Below, in pieces: positions 1 through 10,292 of a stretch of 64,000 nt of DNA; positions within the stretch are counted from its first letter, which is position 1, and the number at the start of each line of letters is the position of its first letter. The position numbers were made by a program, and so were the translations under genes. Below the pieces are notes generated by a model. The model made no database searches, was not told the DNA's origin, and saw only the letters and a program-made list of their open reading frames with translations. Source of the stretch: an uncultured delta proteobacterium (GTDB taxonomy: Bacteria; Desulfobacterota; RBG-13-43-22); contig CAWJJC010000006.1 in NCBI GenBank assembly GCA_963843145.1, positions 91,998 through 155,997 on the forward strand. The letters are read 5' to 3'.

Positions 1-2
1 AA

Positions 3-350
3 CTGGCCCAGTCGCTGGGGGCCGTGTTGTCCTGTTCCCGGCCGATTGTGGACAAGAAGTGGTTGCCCAAGTACCACCAGGTGGGCACCTCGGGCAAATC
101 GGTCAAGCCCAAGGTCTACCTGGCGTTGGGCATCAGCGGGGCCTTTCAGCACCTGGCCGGGATCGGCGGCGCCGGTACCGTAATTGCCGTCAACAAGGAC
201 CCCCGGGCCCCGATTTTTCGGGTGGCCCAGTACGGCGTGGCCCAGGATATTTTTAAGATCATCCCGGCATTGATGGAACAAATAAACAGGAAAGATTCTT
301 ACCTACATTGTTCTGAGAATTTGTCTTTAACAACGGATGTAAGAATCTAA
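3..350 (+). CDS. etfA: Electron transfer flavoprotein alpha subunit, C-terminal part (5' end outside the window)
   Basis: SRPIVD..W..HQVGTSGKSVKP..YLALGISGAFQHLAG and AVNKD..APIF motifs; lies upstream of an acyl-CoA dehydrogenase. Confidence 0.92.
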   Translation: MAQSLGAVLSCSRPIVDKKWLPKYHQVGTSGKSVKPKVYLALGISGAFQHLAGIGGAGTVIAVNKDPRAPIFRVAQYGVAQDIFKIIPALMEQINRKDSYLHCSENLSLTTDVRI

Positions 351-422
351 TATGAAAAACGGTTTTAAATCGGTATTTCAAAATATTTGGCAGTATTCAC
401 CGCCAAGACGCAAAGGAACCTC

Positions 423-1568
423 ATGGATTTTACTTTGAGCAAAGAACAACAGGATATCATCAAGGCCGCCCGGGAGTTCGCCCGCAAGGAGTTTCCGGAA
501 AGGGCCCTGGAGTTTGACCGCACTGAAACCTTTGATTTGACCCTTTGGAAAAAGGCCTGTGAACTGGGTTTCGTGGGCGTCTTCATCGACGAAAAGTATG
601 ACGGGGCCGGCTACGGCTTTCTGGAGCACTGCCTGATTACCGAGGAATTCTGGGCCGTGGACCCGGGGATCGGCCAGGCCATCCTATCCGCCACCTTCGG
701 GGCCGAACTGCTTCTATTGTTTGCCCAGGAGGACCAGAAGGAATGGATCCTTCCGGAACTGGTTTCCGGAGAGGCCCTGCTGGCCACGGCCATCACCGAA
801 CCGGATGCCGGATCGGACGTGACCGGGGCTTCCACCACCGCGGTGCAACAGGGGGACCAGTGGGTGATCAACGGCTCCAAAATGTTCATCACCAACGGAG
901 ACCTGGCCAAGTATGCGATCGTCTATGCCCTGACCAATCCGGACCATCCCTCCCGGCATTCCCGTCACAGTTTTATCATTGTGCCCACCGATCAGCCCGG
1001 TTTTCAGGCCAACAAAATCCACGGGAAGCTGGGCATCCGGGCCTCGGATACGGCGGAATTGGTTTTTTGTGACGTCAAGGCGCCCCTTTCCAATCTGATA
1101 GGGGAAGAGGGGGAGGGGTTTCATCAGTTGATGGCCTTCTTCAACCGGACCCGCCTGCACATCTGCGCTCAGGGTGTGGGGTTGGCCCGGGCGGCCCTGG
1201 AGGAGAGCATCCGCTATACCAAGAAGCGCCACCAGTACGGGGTTCCCCTGGCCTCCTTCCAGGCCACCCAATTCAAACTGGCCGAAATGGCCACCCGGAT
1301 CCGGGCCGCCCGAAATATGTATTACGAGGCCGCCTGGCTGATGGATAACGGGGTGGTAGATCACGCCCTGATCGCCATGGCTAAGTGGTTTTCCGGGGAG
1401 ATGGCCGTGCGTGCCGCCGACGAGGCCCTGCAGATGCACGGGGGCTATGGCTATATCGACGAATACAAAGTACAGCGCCTCTACCGGGATTGCAAAATCC
1501 TGGAGATCTACGAAGGCACCAAGGAGATTGAAAAATCAATCGTGGCCCAGTCCATTTTGGGAATGTAG
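423..1568 (+). CDS. Acyl-CoA dehydrogenase
   Basis: AITEPDAGSD, NGSKMFITNG, QMHGGYGY and IYEGTKEI motifs; ATG at 423 after AAGGA. Confidence 0.95.
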   Translation: MDFTLSKEQQDIIKAAREFARKEFPERALEFDRTETFDLTLWKKACELGFVGVFIDEKYDGAGYGFLEHCLITEEFWAVDPGIGQAILSATFGAELLLLFAQEDQKEWILPELVSGEALLATAITEPDAGSDVTGASTTAVQQGDQWVINGSKMFITNGDLAKYAIVYALTNPDHPSRHSRHSFIIVPTDQPGFQANKIHGKLGIRASDTAELVFCDVKAPLSNLIGEEGEGFHQLMAFFNRTRLHICAQGVGLARAALEESIRYTKKRHQYGVPLASFQATQFKLAEMATRIRAARNMYYEAAWLMDNGVVDHALIAMAKWFSGEMAVRAADEALQMHGGYGYIDEYKVQRLYRDCKILEIYEGTKEIEKSIVAQSILGM

Positions 1569-1717
1569 GCAATTGCTCGTCATCCCCGAAGGTCTGTGTT
1601 GAGACCATTTATGATTGGCTCGGCCGACGGACTTGGGCCTTATCGGTAAGCAGTCTCTCCTCCAAGCATTTTGCTTCCCCCAGGGAAGACCGGGAATATA
1701 ATCCGTAAAAAGAAGGA

Positions 1718-2152
1718 ATGAAACCTTATTCAGGAAATGATGGGCGACTGCGAATTCCCACCGTGGAATTGAGCTTCGAATTTTTCAGGGCCTCGGGACC
1801 GGGCGGCCAGAATGTCAACAAAGTGGCCACCGCCGTCCGATTGCGGTTTGATGTCCGACGGTCTCCCTCCCTGACCGAGCCCCAGCGAGCGCGGCTCATC
1901 CGGTTGGCCGGCCACAAGTTGACCGAGGGGGGAGAACTCCTGATTGAGTCTCGGCGCTTCCGCACCCAGGAGGCCAACCGGCAGGCGGCCATTGAACGGT
2001 TGGAGCAACTGGTTTCCCAGGCTTCGGTTGTACCCAGGGTCCGGCGGCCCACCCGACCTACCCTGGCCTCCAAGAAAAAACGCCTGGAGGGCAAACGCAC
2101 CCGTTCCGGGCTGAAAGACCGGCGTCGACCGGTTTCGGATACGGAGGAATAA
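1718..2152 (+). CDS. arfB: Alternative ribosome rescue peptidyl-tRNA hydrolase ArfB
   Basis: RASGPGGQNVNKVATAV GGQ motif, short length, basic C-terminal tail. Confidence 0.92.
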   Translation: MKPYSGNDGRLRIPTVELSFEFFRASGPGGQNVNKVATAVRLRFDVRRSPSLTEPQRARLIRLAGHKLTEGGELLIESRRFRTQEANRQAAIERLEQLVSQASVVPRVRRPTRPTLASKKKRLEGKRTRSGLKDRRRPVSDTEE

Positions 2153-2273
2153 GATTGGGAAACATTAGGGTTATTCGCCCTTTTGAATTGACTCGTTTTC
2201 TTCTTTAGCCTATAGTTTTATGTATTTATTTTAAGCTCTTAAACGCTAGAACCTTTATTCAAGGGAGGCACCC

Positions 2274-2873
2274 ATGGATCTGGTAAGCCGAGTCAAGGCC
2301 ATTCTACTCAAACCCAACGACACTTGGCCGGAGATCAAGAATGAACCGGCCACGGTGAAAGATCTTTTTACTTCCTACGCGGCCATTCTGGCCGCCATCC
2401 CGCCCATCGCCTTTTTTATCGGGGTTTCCCTGATCGGCATGTCCGTTTTAGGGTTTCATTATCGCATGCCTTTGGGATCAGGGCTCGGGCATTTGATTGT
2501 CTCTTATGTCTTTTCACTGGCGGGGATTTATTTAGTCGGAATGATCATTGATGCCTTGGCGCCCAGCTTCGGGTCCTCAAAAAATCAGCTCAATGCCATG
2601 AAGGTGGCGGTCTATTCCTGGACGCCGGGCTGGGTGGGCGGCGTCTTTCTGGCTATTCCTTCCCTTTCAGCCCTCAGTATGCTGGTATCCTTATATGGGT
2701 TATACCTGTTTTACCTGGGCTTGCCGGTCCTGATGGAGACTCCTCAGGACAAGGCGTTGGGGTATGTGATCGTCACGATCCTGGTGAGTATCGTGGTTTC
2801 CATTCTGGTGAGTACCCTCTCGGGCGCCCTGTTCGGTTACGGACGCGGGGGGATGATGGGCTGGCGTTTCTAA
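2274..2873 (+). CDS. Yip1-family membrane protein
   Basis: RVKAILLKP..W..I..E start, about 5 TM helices, YS.TP.W motif. Confidence 0.8.
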   Translation: MDLVSRVKAILLKPNDTWPEIKNEPATVKDLFTSYAAILAAIPPIAFFIGVSLIGMSVLGFHYRMPLGSGLGHLIVSYVFSLAGIYLVGMIIDALAPSFGSSKNQLNAMKVAVYSWTPGWVGGVFLAIPSLSALSMLVSLYGLYLFYLGLPVLMETPQDKALGYVIVTILVSIVVSILVSTLSGALFGYGRGGMMGWRF

Positions 2874-2900
2874 TTCCTAAAGGGATTCAGGAGGGAGCAA

Positions 2901-3285
2901 ATGAAGAGAAATAAGTTGGGATTCACGCTTTTTTTCATGGTGCTTATGGGTGGCCGCCTACAGCGGAGTCTGTTTCGCCAATAAAGCCGCGGTGACCATT
3001 GAGGCCCCGGACCAGGCGGCCAAGGGGGCGGAAGTCGTGGTCAAACTGCATGTCACCCACAGCGCCAACAATTTTTTCCATCACATCAATTGGGTGCAGG
3101 TCAAAGTGAATGGCAAAGACACGGCCCTTTGGGAATATTCCATGACCAATCTACCCGAGGCGGCTAACTTCACTAAAGAAGTAAAATTGATGGTCAACGA
3201 GCCTTTGGAGATCGTGGCCGAGGCCAACTGCAACTTGCACGGCAGCGCAGGTCCGGCAATAAAGAAGATCGGCCTGAGGGAATAA
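2901..3285 (+). CDS. Secreted desulfoferrodoxin/superoxide-reductase-like protein (1-nt indel in the signal-peptide region)
   Basis: H..H...HHINW and ANCNLHG metal ligands; RBS and ATG at 2901 give a signal peptide out of frame with ORF 2950-3285, next to a T run. Confidence 0.65.
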
Positions 3286-3412
3286 AGCTGTCTGTGCCCC
3301 GGCTGGAGTTTACCCCTCCTTTGAAGCGGGGTGGGGTGAAAAAGAGTGCGGCCTGTTTGCTTCGTCATCCCGGGCTTGACACGGAATCCGGTTGGGAAGA
3401 GTGGGGTAAATT

Positions 3413-3598
3413 ATGACCATCGGCGCCATTTCCATTATCTTAATTTTGGGCATCATCAATTTTCTGCTGTTGCTCTTCCAGCTTTCCACCGGGTTGCATT
3501 GGATCAAAGTCAAATTCGGCATTCACCGGAAAATCGGCATCCTGCTGGTCATCGTGGCCACGATTCACGGTCTACTGGCCCTGCTGGCCTCGGACTAA
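3413..3598 (+). CDS. Small two-TM membrane protein with His residues (possible heme ligands)
   Basis: 61 aa, hydrophobic, HRKIG...H pattern. Confidence 0.55.
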   Translation: MTIGAISIILILGIINFLLLLFQLSTGLHWIKVKFGIHRKIGILLVIVATIHGLLALLASD

Positions 3599-3599
3599 A

Positions 3600-3875
3600 A
3601 AGAGGGAAGATAGAAGAAGGAAGAGGGAAGCAAAAAGGGGATCATGGCCTCTGCTCAAACCCCCGTCCCTGAGGCGGGCGCCCGCGAAGAATGAAAAAAT
3701 AGGGGGAGACATAAGCCGAACTGTTTGACATTAGTAATTAATAATCAATTGTTAATTATTAATCATTGATGAAGTGCCTTGGTGGCACACCTTTGTATTT
3801 TCATATTCTATTTTGTGCCCTTCTCCCCTCTGTTTTTTCTTCCATCTTCCATCTCCCCTCTTCCCTCTGCTCCCT
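3600..3875. repeat. Intergenic heptamer repeats: inverted GAGGGAA/TTCCCTC arrays enclosing an AT-rich TAATCAA/TTATTAA array (3735-3770)
   Basis: GAGGGAA GATAGAA GAAGGAA GAGGGAA at about 3602-3629; TTCCATC TTCCATC TCCCCTC TTCCCTC at about 3840-3867. Confidence 0.7.
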
Positions 3876-3879
3876 GTCC

Positions 3880-4935
3880 TCAGCCCTTATCGCTAACCCC
3901 GGCGGAGGCGAAGGTGGCCATCTCATTGTAGATCCTGACTGACGCTTCGATCAGGATCATGGCCAGGGCCGCCCCGGTCCCTTCCCCCAGGCGCATTTTC
4001 ATATCCAGAATCGGTTCCACCTGGAAGAGACGCAGGAAGGTGGTATGCCCCGCTTCTTCCGATCGGTGGCTGAAGAAAAGATAATCGCGGACCGGGGGCG
4101 CCAGTCGGCAGGCCACCAGGGCACCGGCGGAAGAGATGAAGCCGTCCACCACCACCGGCCGGCTGAGGGCGGCCGCTCCCAGACAAAGCCCGGCAATGCC
4201 GGCGATCTCCAGCCCGCCGATGGCGGCCAAAGTATTGAGCGGGTCACCAAGCTGGTCGCGGTTGACCCACAGGACCTCCTTGATTACCCGGATTTTTCTG
4301 TTCAACCCGGCATCGTCGATGCCCGTTCCTCTCCCGGTGATGTCCTCCACCGGGCAGGGGAGCAGCGCGGCGAATAAGGCGGACGAGGGCGTGGTGTTGG
4401 CGATGCCCATATCCCCGGTGCCCAGCAGATCGAATCCCTGTCCGACCGCCTCCCGGGCCAGCTCGATGCCGGTTTCCAGTGCCTGAACAGCCTCTGCTAC
4501 GGACATGGCCGGCCCCTTGGCGATATTGCCGGTCCCGGGCCTCACCTTGCGCCGGACCAGGCCGGGAGCGTCTTCCAGCGGATCATTGACGCCCATGTCC
4601 ACCACTACTACTTCTGCCCCGGCCTGTTGAGAAAGCACATTGATGGCCGCCCCGCCGGCCAGCATGTTGCGGACCATCTGGGGGGTCACCTCCTGAGGAT
4701 AGGCCGAAACGCCTTCGGCGGCCACCCCGTGATCCCCGGCAAAAGTAAATATTTTTTTCCGGCCCAGGACCGGCCGGTCCGTCCCGGTGATCAGGCAGTA
4801 TTGTGCGGCCAGGTCTTCCAGCCGTCCCAAACTTTTCGGGGGTTTGGTCAACTGGTCGAGATGGTCCCGAACTGCGGGCTCCAGGGTCAAGTCAACCGGT
4901 TTGATTTCTTGAATGGTTTGCTGCAAGGCATTCAT
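3880..4935 (-). CDS. cobT: Nicotinate-nucleotide-dimethylbenzimidazole phosphoribosyltransferase
   Basis: [27 protein letters not shown] and MRLGEGTGA motifs. Confidence 0.96.
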   Translation of the reverse strand: MNALQQTIQEIKPVDLTLEPAVRDHLDQLTKPPKSLGRLEDLAAQYCLITGTDRPVLGRKKIFTFAGDHGVAAEGVSAYPQEVTPQMVRNMLAGGAAINVLSQQAGAEVVVVDMGVNDPLEDAPGLVRRKVRPGTGNIAKGPAMSVAEAVQALETGIELAREAVGQGFDLLGTGDMGIANTTPSSALFAALLPCPVEDITGRGTGIDDAGLNRKIRVIKEVLWVNRDQLGDPLNTLAAIGGLEIAGIAGLCLGAAALSRPVVVDGFISSAGALVACRLAPPVRDYLFFSHRSEEAGHTTFLRLFQVEPILDMKMRLGEGTGAALAMILIEASVRIYNEMATFASAGVSDKG

Positions 4936-5068
4936 GGGGTGCACTCCTTTTTTGAATGAATTTTTGAATGGATACCCCGGCCACCGCCACACCGGAGACT
5001 CGGGTAGACCTATACCGATTGCCTGAAATCAAAACCTGAAAGGTCGGCCCAGACGACCGGGGCACCCT

Positions 5069-5111
5069 AAAAAAAAGGGTTTCTTTCTTCAAAAGAAGAA
5101 AGAAACCCTTT
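5069..5111 (-). terminator. Intrinsic terminator in the cobT leader (riboswitch expression platform)
   Basis: Minus strand AAAGGGTTTCTTTCTTC-TTTT-GAAGAAAGAAACCCTTT followed by a T run. Confidence 0.8.
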
Positions 5112-5134
5112 ACCATCAGGTTCTTCAACAGGTT

Positions 5135-5308
5135 GGCCCGGCGGTCGTCTTCTGGCTCCCCCTCCCCTCCAACGATCTTCCCGCCCGTCTGAAGACGGGC
5201 CGTGATCCATACCCGGCTGGAAAGGTTTCTTTGCCCGAATGGGAAAAGACAGGGTTACAGCGGCGGGACCGCCGCGGATTTTCACCGCGTTCCGTACCCG
5301 CCCGGCCT
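5135..5308 (-). promoter_or_regulatory. Cobalamin riboswitch
   Basis: Minus strand GGAACGCGGTGAAAATCCGCGGCGGTCCCGCCGCTGTAAC ... GGGAAG ... GAGCCAGAAGAC (B12 box), upstream of cobT. Confidence 0.9.
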
Positions 5309-5497
5309 ACATCTTTTTTTAAACTACCTTAAATAAGGACCCTCCTGATTGTCAAGTCAAAAAATCCCTAAGTCTGAACGGCAGAAATGAGAAACAGGAG
5401 AGAACCCGGGGAAAGGATTTCTTCGTTCCGAACCCGGGCCACCCGGTGCTTCACGCCGTATTCGCGGGAAAGGATTGAGGCCACCAGGTTGACTTCG

Positions 5498-6904
5498 TCA
5501 GGCCTCGTGATAGAGCCGATATTGGTTCCGTCCGGCTTGCTTGGCCTGATACATGGCGCTGTCGGCGTTCTTCAGGATGGTGTCGATATCTGCGCCATGA
5601 TCGGGATAGAGGGAGATCCCCAGGCTGCTGGTGATGATTAATAGGTGTCCCTCAAGAACAACGGCGTTCCGGAAAGCACCGATAACCTTCCGGGCAATCC
5701 GCAGGGTAACCTGGGCGTCCCTTTGCTCGGGAAGCACGAGGACGAATTCATCGCCGCCGAAGCGGGCAACGGTGTCTCCTTTCCGGAGGATCCCCGTCAA
5801 CTTTTTCCCAACAGTCTGCAACAGCAGATCTCCGATATGGTGACCGAGGGTATCATTGACCTCTTTAAAGTTGTCAAGGTCGAGCATCATTAAGGCCACC
5901 TTCTTCTGCTTTCTATCCGCTTGGCTCATCGCCATGGTTAAACGGTCGCTGAGGAGCATTCGGTTCGGCAAGCCCGTCAGGGAATCATGATAGGCCATCT
6001 GCTGGATTTTCTCCTCCATTTCTTTGCGCGCGGAGATGTCGGTAAAGAAGCCCACGGCGCACTTTCGCCCGCGGAAGATGGTGCTGGTACCTGCGATCTC
6101 CGCATGGAAAACCGTGCCGTCTTTTCGTAGGCACGGAATCGTGCCGGATAGCGACCGACCCCCTCGTTCCTGGGACTTGAGCTCTGACATCACCCGGGTC
6201 AGCAAGTCCTTTGGATGAATGTCCGCTATCCCCAACTGCAGCAACTCTGCTTTTGGATAACCGAGCATCCGGCAGATGGCTAAATTGGCATCTACAAACC
6301 GTCCCGTTCCAGCATCGGTCAAGAGTATGCCGTGCGTGCTTTCATCGAAAAGCACCCGGTACCTTTCTTCCGACTCCCGCAGCGTCTCCTCTGTTTTCTG
6401 GCGCTCAGTGATGTCGCGAATGATCCCCAAGGCGTGCCAACCATCCTCAAAATGAATAGCGGAAAGAGACAGTTCGATGGGGAATTCTTCTCCATTCCTT
6501 CTGCAGGCCTGTAACCCGATGGTCTTGGTTACAACTGCGCCTTGACCGGTTTTTTTAAACTTGGGGAAGGCCGTGCGGTAGGCTTCCCGGTAACGCTTCG
6601 GGGCAAGAAATTGATGCAAATCCCGACCGATGGCCTCCTTACTCGTGTAGCCAAAGATACGTTCAGCCGCCGGATTCCAGAATAAGATGCACCCCGTGAT
6701 GCCCATCATTAATATGGCATCCTGGGCCGAATCCGTGAGCGCTCGTATCAATGATTCGCTCGGGCCCAGCGATTTAATCGAAACCTGACGTTGAGACTCC
6801 GCCCGTTTGCACTCAAGTGCGGATTGTTCCAGTTCCGTTATTCGCTCTCTCAGAGACGCCAGTTCCTGGATCAAGGCCTGCTTTGTCTTGGATTGATCTT
6901 GCAT
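5498..6904 (-). CDS. PAS-PAS-GGDEF diguanylate cyclase
   Basis: Two PAS/PAC domains; HDSLTGLPNR, RKGD I-site, RFGGDEF. Confidence 0.93.
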   Translation of the reverse strand: MQDQSKTKQALIQELASLRERITELEQSALECKRAESQRQVSIKSLGPSESLIRALTDSAQDAILMMGITGCILFWNPAAERIFGYTSKEAIGRDLHQFLAPKRYREAYRTAFPKFKKTGQGAVVTKTIGLQACRRNGEEFPIELSLSAIHFEDGWHALGIIRDITERQKTEETLRESEERYRVLFDESTHGILLTDAGTGRFVDANLAICRMLGYPKAELLQLGIADIHPKDLLTRVMSELKSQERGGRSLSGTIPCLRKDGTVFHAEIAGTSTIFRGRKCAVGFFTDISARKEMEEKIQQMAYHDSLTGLPNRMLLSDRLTMAMSQADRKQKKVALMMLDLDNFKEVNDTLGHHIGDLLLQTVGKKLTGILRKGDTVARFGGDEFVLVLPEQRDAQVTLRIARKVIGAFRNAVVLEGHLLIITSSLGISLYPDHGADIDTILKNADSAMYQAKQAGRNQYRLYHEA

Positions 6905-6947
6905 AGGGTTGCCCCTGCTGTGCAGAAATAAAACGGAACGCTAAATG

Positions 6948-7080
6948 AAAAAACCCCGCCTCTCTTTAGAGAAATGGGGTCTATTATTCCATCGAAACTC
7001 CTTTATGAAAGCCTTGCCCAAATAAAACTTAATTTATCCTAACTTTTGAAGTCTCTACCTTTTTATTACAAAAAAGTCAA
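6948..7080 (-). promoter_or_regulatory. Leader of the GGDEF gene: putative promoter, RBS + Met-Glu minigene, terminator hairpin
   Basis: TTGACT-17nt-TAGAGA; AAGGAG..ATG GAA TAA TAG; GACCCCATTTCTC..GAGAGGCGGGGTTTTTT; paralogous to 18428-18561. Confidence 0.6.
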
Positions 7081-7201
7081 TTAATTTCAATCATCTGACA
7101 TCATCGGTGGGCTCAGTTCCAATTAGGGATTCACCGCCTGTCAGGCCTTGTTGGATCGGTATATAAAACCGAAGGATTAAGGGCTAGGCTTTAAGTGTGG
7201 A

Positions 7202-7276
7202 TGGAGCCGGCGATGGGATTTGAACCCGCGACCTGCTGATTACGAATCAGCTGCTCTACCCCTGAGCTACGCCGGC
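7202..7276 (-). tRNA. tRNA-Thr(CGT)
   Basis: GCCGGCGTAGCTCAGGGGTAGAGCAGCTGATTCGTAATCAGCAGGTCGCGGGTTCAAATCCCATCGCCGGCTCCA; anticodon arm GCTGA-TTCGTAA-TCAGC; encoded CCA. Confidence 0.97.
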
Positions 7277-7677
7277 TTGATCCAACTATCCCACATTTTT
7301 TTTTCATTGTCAAACCCGGAAAAGTGACTTTTTAGCTGCTTCTTTCTCAGGCAGACATTAAACACCTGCCGGTTAATCCGTCCGACTGGACAACCAGGCC
7401 AAGAGTCAAAAAGCAGCTTTCTCCTCGGCAAGTGATCTCGCTGATGATGAGGCTCATTTGATATTTAAAGCAAATTCAATAAGTTTTACCTACGCTCCGC
7501 CCAAGGCGGGGGGCTTATTCATCCTCGGTCCGGTGATGGAACGGAGGCAGGTCGGTCATCCTTGATCGGGAGGAAAAAGATTCAGCGGCGCTGACTAATT
7601 TACTTGTTTACAAAATTAAATTATTATGTTAAAAAAATAAGTTTATTTAATAAATTCATCCTCCGGGGAGGGACCGC

Positions 7678-7917
7678 GTGGCCCGAATAACCATTGAAGA
7701 TTGTTTGGAAAAAGTAAATAACCGTTTTGCTTTGATTCAATTGGCCTTTCAACGGGTTAAACAGTTGAGAAATGGGGCTCCCCGACTAATCCAGACTAAA
7801 AACAAGGAAGTTGTGGGGGCCTTACGGGAAATCGCCGCCGGCCTGGTGACGCTGGAACAGGCTCAACCCGCCTTGCCGGAAGGACAGGACCATAAGCTCC
7901 TGAATAATGAAGGATAA
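7678..7917 (+). CDS. rpoZ: RNA polymerase omega subunit
   Basis: [19 protein letters not shown]...ALREIAAG. Confidence 0.95.
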   Translation: MARITIEDCLEKVNNRFALIQLAFQRVKQLRNGAPRLIQTKNKEVVGALREIAAGLVTLEQAQPALPEGQDHKLLNNEG

Positions 7918-8434
7918 TATCCAAAAAACGGCCTCAAAGACCGACTGGACCCATATTGATTCCGCGGGTCAGGCCCGGATGGTGGATGTGGGCTCGAAAA
8001 AAATTACCCGGCGTGAGGCCTGGGCCGGTGGGGCCGTTTATCTGCAGGTTGGGACTCTGGAAAAAATCCAGGCCAATACGATTCAAAAAGGGGATGTGTT
8101 GGGAGTGGCCAAGGTGGCTGGCATTTTAGCGGCCAAAAAGACGCCGGAGTTGATCCCCCTTTGCCACCCGCTCAGGCTGACCCAGGTGAATGTATTCCTT
8201 TCTCCGGAGCAGGCCCCCTCCCGTATTGAAATTACCGCCCAGGTGAAGGCCCAGGATCGGACTGGAGTGGAGATGGAGGCCTTGACCGCGGTGACCGCGG
8301 CCGCCTTAACCATCTATGACATGTGCAAGTCCATTGATCGGGATATGGTTTTGGGCCCCTTCGGGTTGCTGGAAAAAACCGGGGGGAAAAGCGGCCGGTT
8401 TAAACGAAAATCCCTGCCGGTTTTCGGTCAATGA
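7907..8434 (+). CDS. moaC: Cyclic pyranopterin monophosphate synthase
   Basis: [36 protein letters not shown]. Confidence 0.96.
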   Translation: MKDNIQKTASKTDWTHIDSAGQARMVDVGSKKITRREAWAGGAVYLQVGTLEKIQANTIQKGDVLGVAKVAGILAAKKTPELIPLCHPLRLTQVNVFLSPEQAPSRIEITAQVKAQDRTGVEMEALTAVTAAALTIYDMCKSIDRDMVLGPFGLLEKTGGKSGRFKRKSLPVFGQ

Positions 8435-8459
8435 ATAGGAGCACCCAAGGAGGACTCCC

Positions 8460-8822
8460 ATGAATGCCAGGAAAATAAACAGCTTCAAAAAACTCTTGAA
8501 CGAGCAATTGAAAACGCTGATTCAGGAGGCCCAGAAAACGGTCAGCGGCATGACCGATTCCAAGGAAAATTTCCCCGACCCTACCGACCGGGCGACGCTG
8601 GAATCCGATCGCAATTTCATGCTGCGTATCCGAGGACGGGAGCGGAAACTAATATTGAAGATTGAAGAAGCGTTGGAACGGATCGAGAACGGTACTTTCG
8701 GGGTCTGTGACTCCTGTGGAGAGGAGATCGGAGAAGAACGTTTGAAGGCCCGCCCGGTAACCACCCATTGTATCGATTGTAAAAAAAAGGAAGAGGCCAT
8801 AGAAAAAGCGCGAGGGGAATAG
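8460..8822 (+). CDS. dksA: RNA polymerase-binding protein DksA
   Basis: FPDPTDRATLE coiled-coil tip; C4 zinc finger CDSC...CIDC. Confidence 0.95.
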   Translation: MNARKINSFKKLLNEQLKTLIQEAQKTVSGMTDSKENFPDPTDRATLESDRNFMLRIRGRERKLILKIEEALERIENGTFGVCDSCGEEIGEERLKARPVTTHCIDCKKKEEAIEKARGE

Positions 8823-8890
8823 CCGGTTTCCCCGGGCGGCCTTGGACCGGCCTTTCTTTATAATCCCGCTGTCGTGAGGCCTGCACCCTA

Positions 8891-10288
8891 ATGTTTAAAA
8901 AGCGTATCCAGGTCTTTCGGTCTTTTCTTTTGCTGAACGACCTCCTGGTTCTTACCGCTTGCTGGTTTGGCGCTTTTTACCTGCGTTTTTTCATCCCCCT
9001 CATCCCCGTCACCAAGGGTATTCCTCCCCTGCAGGATTATTTGTTCTTTTTCCCCTTTGTTTTGATGACCTGTGCGGTGACCTTTTATCTGACCGGGATC
9101 TATACCCGGTTTTTTAACCGGACTCAGGAATGGCTGGCCCTTTTTAAGGCTTCTTTTGTAGCCTTAATGATTTTGGTCTTTATTACCTTTTTTTTTAAAC
9201 GAACCGACTACTCTCGTTTAGTCTTTCTCTATTTCAGTTTGCTGGGTTATGCGGCCCTGATTTTAACCCGGCTGTTGTTAAAAAAATATTACATAACCCT
9301 GCAGCGTCGCTATTTTGACCTGGAGCAGGTTCTGATTGTCGGCGCCCGGGAGTTGGCCCAACGGGTAGCCCAGACCATCGTTAATCATCCGGAATTGGGA
9401 CTGGTGGTCTCCGGGTTTCTCAGCCGGATTTCCCAGAAGATCGGGACGCGGATCTTGGGCCTGGAAGTGCTGGGGTTATACGAGGATATCGACCGGGTGA
9501 TCCAGGAAAAACACATCAATCTGGTCATCTTCGCCATGCCCTTGACGGCCCAGCAGAAACTGGAATCTTTATTGAACCAGATCCGCGATGAACTGGTGGA
9601 TATTAAAATTGTGCCTGATTTGTATCGCTTGATCACCCTCCGAGGGGGGATGGAAGAATTTGAGGGACTGCCCTTTATTAATCTGCGGGAATCCCCCATG
9701 GTGGGCTGGAGTCGTTTTTTTAAAAGGGCCATGGATTTCAGTTTGGCCGCCCTGGTTTTAATTCTCCTGTCTCCCTGTCTGTTGCTCATCGGTCTGGCGA
9801 TTAAGGTTTCCTCCCCCGGTCCGGTCATCTACCGCCAGACCCGCATGGGTCTGGACGGCAAAGTTTTTGAAATGTGGAAATTCCGTTCTATGGTGACTGA
9901 TGCCGAAGGACAAACCGGGCCGGTTTGGGCCCGAAAAGGGGATCCTCGAAGGACTCCCGTGGGGCGCTTCCTCCGCCGCCTCAGCCTGGATGAACTGCCG
10001 CAGTTGGTCAATGTCCTGAAAGGGGAGATGAGTTTGGTCGGTCCGCGGCCGGAACGTCCGGAATTGATCAACAGTTTCAGGGACAAAATTCCCAACTACA
10101 TGCTTCGCCATAAAATGAAGGCCGGCATGACCGGCTGGGCTCAAATCAACGGCTGGCGCGGGAATACCTCCCTGCCCAAACGCATTGAACATGATCTGTA
10201 TTACATTGAAAACTGGTCCCTGGTCTTTGATTTGAAGATCCTGATCAAGACCCTCTGGAAAGGTTTTTTAAACCGGGAAGCCTATTGA
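8891..10288 (+). CDS. Undecaprenyl-phosphate sugar phosphotransferase (WcaJ-like priming glycosyltransferase)
   Basis: N-terminal TMs; KFRSM, SLDELPQL.NVLKGEMSLVGPRPE, GMTGWAQING. Confidence 0.92.
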   Translation: MFKKRIQVFRSFLLLNDLLVLTACWFGAFYLRFFIPLIPVTKGIPPLQDYLFFFPFVLMTCAVTFYLTGIYTRFFNRTQEWLALFKASFVALMILVFITFFFKRTDYSRLVFLYFSLLGYAALILTRLLLKKYYITLQRRYFDLEQVLIVGARELAQRVAQTIVNHPELGLVVSGFLSRISQKIGTRILGLEVLGLYEDIDRVIQEKHINLVIFAMPLTAQQKLESLLNQIRDELVDIKIVPDLYRLITLRGGMEEFEGLPFINLRESPMVGWSRFFKRAMDFSLAALVLILLSPCLLLIGLAIKVSSPGPVIYRQTRMGLDGKVFEMWKFRSMVTDAEGQTGPVWARKGDPRRTPVGRFLRRLSLDELPQLVNVLKGEMSLVGPRPERPELINSFRDKIPNYMLRHKMKAGMTGWAQINGWRGNTSLPKRIEHDLYYIENWSLVFDLKILIKTLWKGFLNREAY

Positions 10289-10292
10289 TTCC

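Noticed and set aside
5387-7276. Integrative element at the tRNA-Thr 3' end
   Set aside because: The GGDEF gene lies downstream of the tRNA, but no integrase or duplicated tRNA 3' end was found
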